The position numbers were made by a program, and so were the translations under genes. From assembly GCA_944386455.1 (NCBI GenBank), contig CALXBC010000003.1, positions 29,872 to 93,871 on the forward strand: a stretch of DNA of 64,000 bases. Reading direction: 5' to 3'. The first letter of the stretch is position 1, and each line of letters opens with the position of its first letter. This DNA is from an uncultured Clostridia bacterium (GTDB lineage Bacteria; Bacillota; Clostridia; Oscillospirales; Ruminococcaceae). This document shows, piece by piece, positions 63,215-64,000 of the stretch. Below the pieces are notes generated by a model. The model saw nothing but the letters and a program-made list of their open reading frames with translations. It searched no databases and was not told where the DNA came from.

Positions 63215-64000
63215 CTACCATCCCAGCAACAGGGCAAGCATCAGTAAAACGGCAAGCCCAATCAGGTTGGCTGCGGTAAACCAAGCCAGATAGCGCCCTG
63301 TCCTGTGCTTTTTTGACTGGAAATACAGCTTTAGGGAAATCAGGCTGGCAAGGGATGCGACCGGGGTCCCCAGGCCGCCGATATTCACGCCTGCCAGAAG
63401 CCCGCGCCAGTCGCCGGTGAAGCCGGAAAGCAGTACGGCAGCCGGGACGTTGCTGATGACCTGACTGGCCAGAGCGGAGCTCAAAAGCGTGCTTTGTTCC
63501 AGCACCCCGCTCAAAAAGCTGCTGACAGCAGGGATCCGTCCCAGATTGCCGGAAAAGATGAAAAAGCAGCAAAAGGTGAGCAGCAGACTGAAATCTACCC
63601 GCAGAAGGAGCCTGGGGCGGACAAACAAAAAGCAGACAATCACCACAGCGGTCAGCACCCAATAGGGCAGAATACGGAACACCGACAAGAGGCAGAGCAG
63701 AAACAAAACTGTATAAACGGCCAGCCTGCCGGGGCTTGAAATTTTTGCAGCCTGGGGAAAAGAAACCGATATCCGGCTGTTTTTGGTACACAGCGCGGCG
63801 GAGGTAAGTCCCAGAAGGCTGACCAGCGTCAGCGGCAGCATAACGCCGAAAAATTGGCTGCCTGTCAGCTGATAATACGAGTAAAGATAAAGATTCTGCG
63901 GGTTTCCCACCGGTGTTGCCATGCTGCCGAGATTTGCGGCAACCGTTTGCAAGACTACGGTTTTAATCATCAGATGTTCTGCCCCTGCCGCCTCCAGCAC
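63215..64000 (-). CDS. ArsB/NhaD-superfamily (CitMHS/SLC13-like) anion permease, C-terminal part (5' end outside the window)
   Basis: Polytopic. GSMATPVGNPQNLYLY and NIGGLGTPVASLASLI hairpin-loop motifs. The frame is open to the window edge. Confidence 0.7.
   Translation of the reverse strand: MLEAAGAEHLMIKTVVLQTVAANLGSMATPVGNPQNLYLYSYYQLTGSQFFGVMLPLTLVSLLGLTSAALCTKNSRISVSFPQAAKISSPGRLAVYTVLFLLCLLSVFRILPYWVLTAVVIVCFLFVRPRLLLRVDFSLLLTFCCFFIFSGNLGRIPAVSSFLSGVLEQSTLLSSALASQVISNVPAAVLLSGFTGDWRGLLAGVNIGGLGTPVASLASLISLKLYFQSKKHRTGRYLAWFTAANLIGLAVLLMLALLLGW

Overview
The window is about 55% GC and looks like a Clostridia-type Firmicutes chromosome. That assignment is an inference from gene content: CD1871A-family CXXC peptide, rubrerythrin/PerR, CIRCE, TPP-riboswitch thiT, LCP/TagGH wall-polymer genes.

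Roughly 1-38.4 kb is mostly housekeeping and stress genes:
- obg 3' end, xth, proS, msmX-like ATPase, rsuA-like, thiT with TPP riboswitch, paaK-like
- GT4 plus PlsC-like pair, tRNA-Arg(CCG)
- a small accessory stretch with a beta-helix hydrolase, a NodB deacetylase, a GNAT-membrane fusion and an XRE-membrane regulator
- a TlpA/CXXC-peptide/polyferredoxin redox cluster, capA-like
- a ydjI/G/H-like SPFH-zinc ribbon-TPM operon
- hsp20 with a CIRCE operator, tadA, trkH, trxA, tRNA-Val(GAC)
- rbr-perR with a PerR box, an HD protein, YibE/F, an esterase/condensation-like acyltransferase/zinc-ribbon membrane trio, rhaM, mgsA, glk

38.7-53.9 kb is an ABC-transporter-dependent (TagG/TagH-like) cell-wall glycopolymer locus ending in an LCP ligase. 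It holds the most unusual content in the window:
- a clear KdsB-type cytidylyltransferase
- a DRE-TIM aldolase fused to a CstII/DUF115-like domain
- a HAD phosphatase
- two paralogous transferases carrying sialyl/Kdo-transferase-style D/E-D/E-G and HP motifs

I read this as a candidate non-canonical ulosonic-acid (Kdo-like) branch.

54.1-58.4 kb is an orphan P22-like head/neck module (scaffold, N4-gp56-type capsid, adaptor, gp10-like protein) with no portal, terminase or integrase. 58.7-61.0 kb is a lower-GC surface-protein plus XRE islet bracketed by terminators with identical stems.

A 223-nt, roughly 93-95% identical, highly structured non-coding element occurs twice, each time between convergent genes. 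One copy is flanked by a duplicated terminator hairpin.

No CRISPR array, rRNA or intact mobile element was seen. All functional calls rest on motif and sequence recognition by eye; no database search was run.
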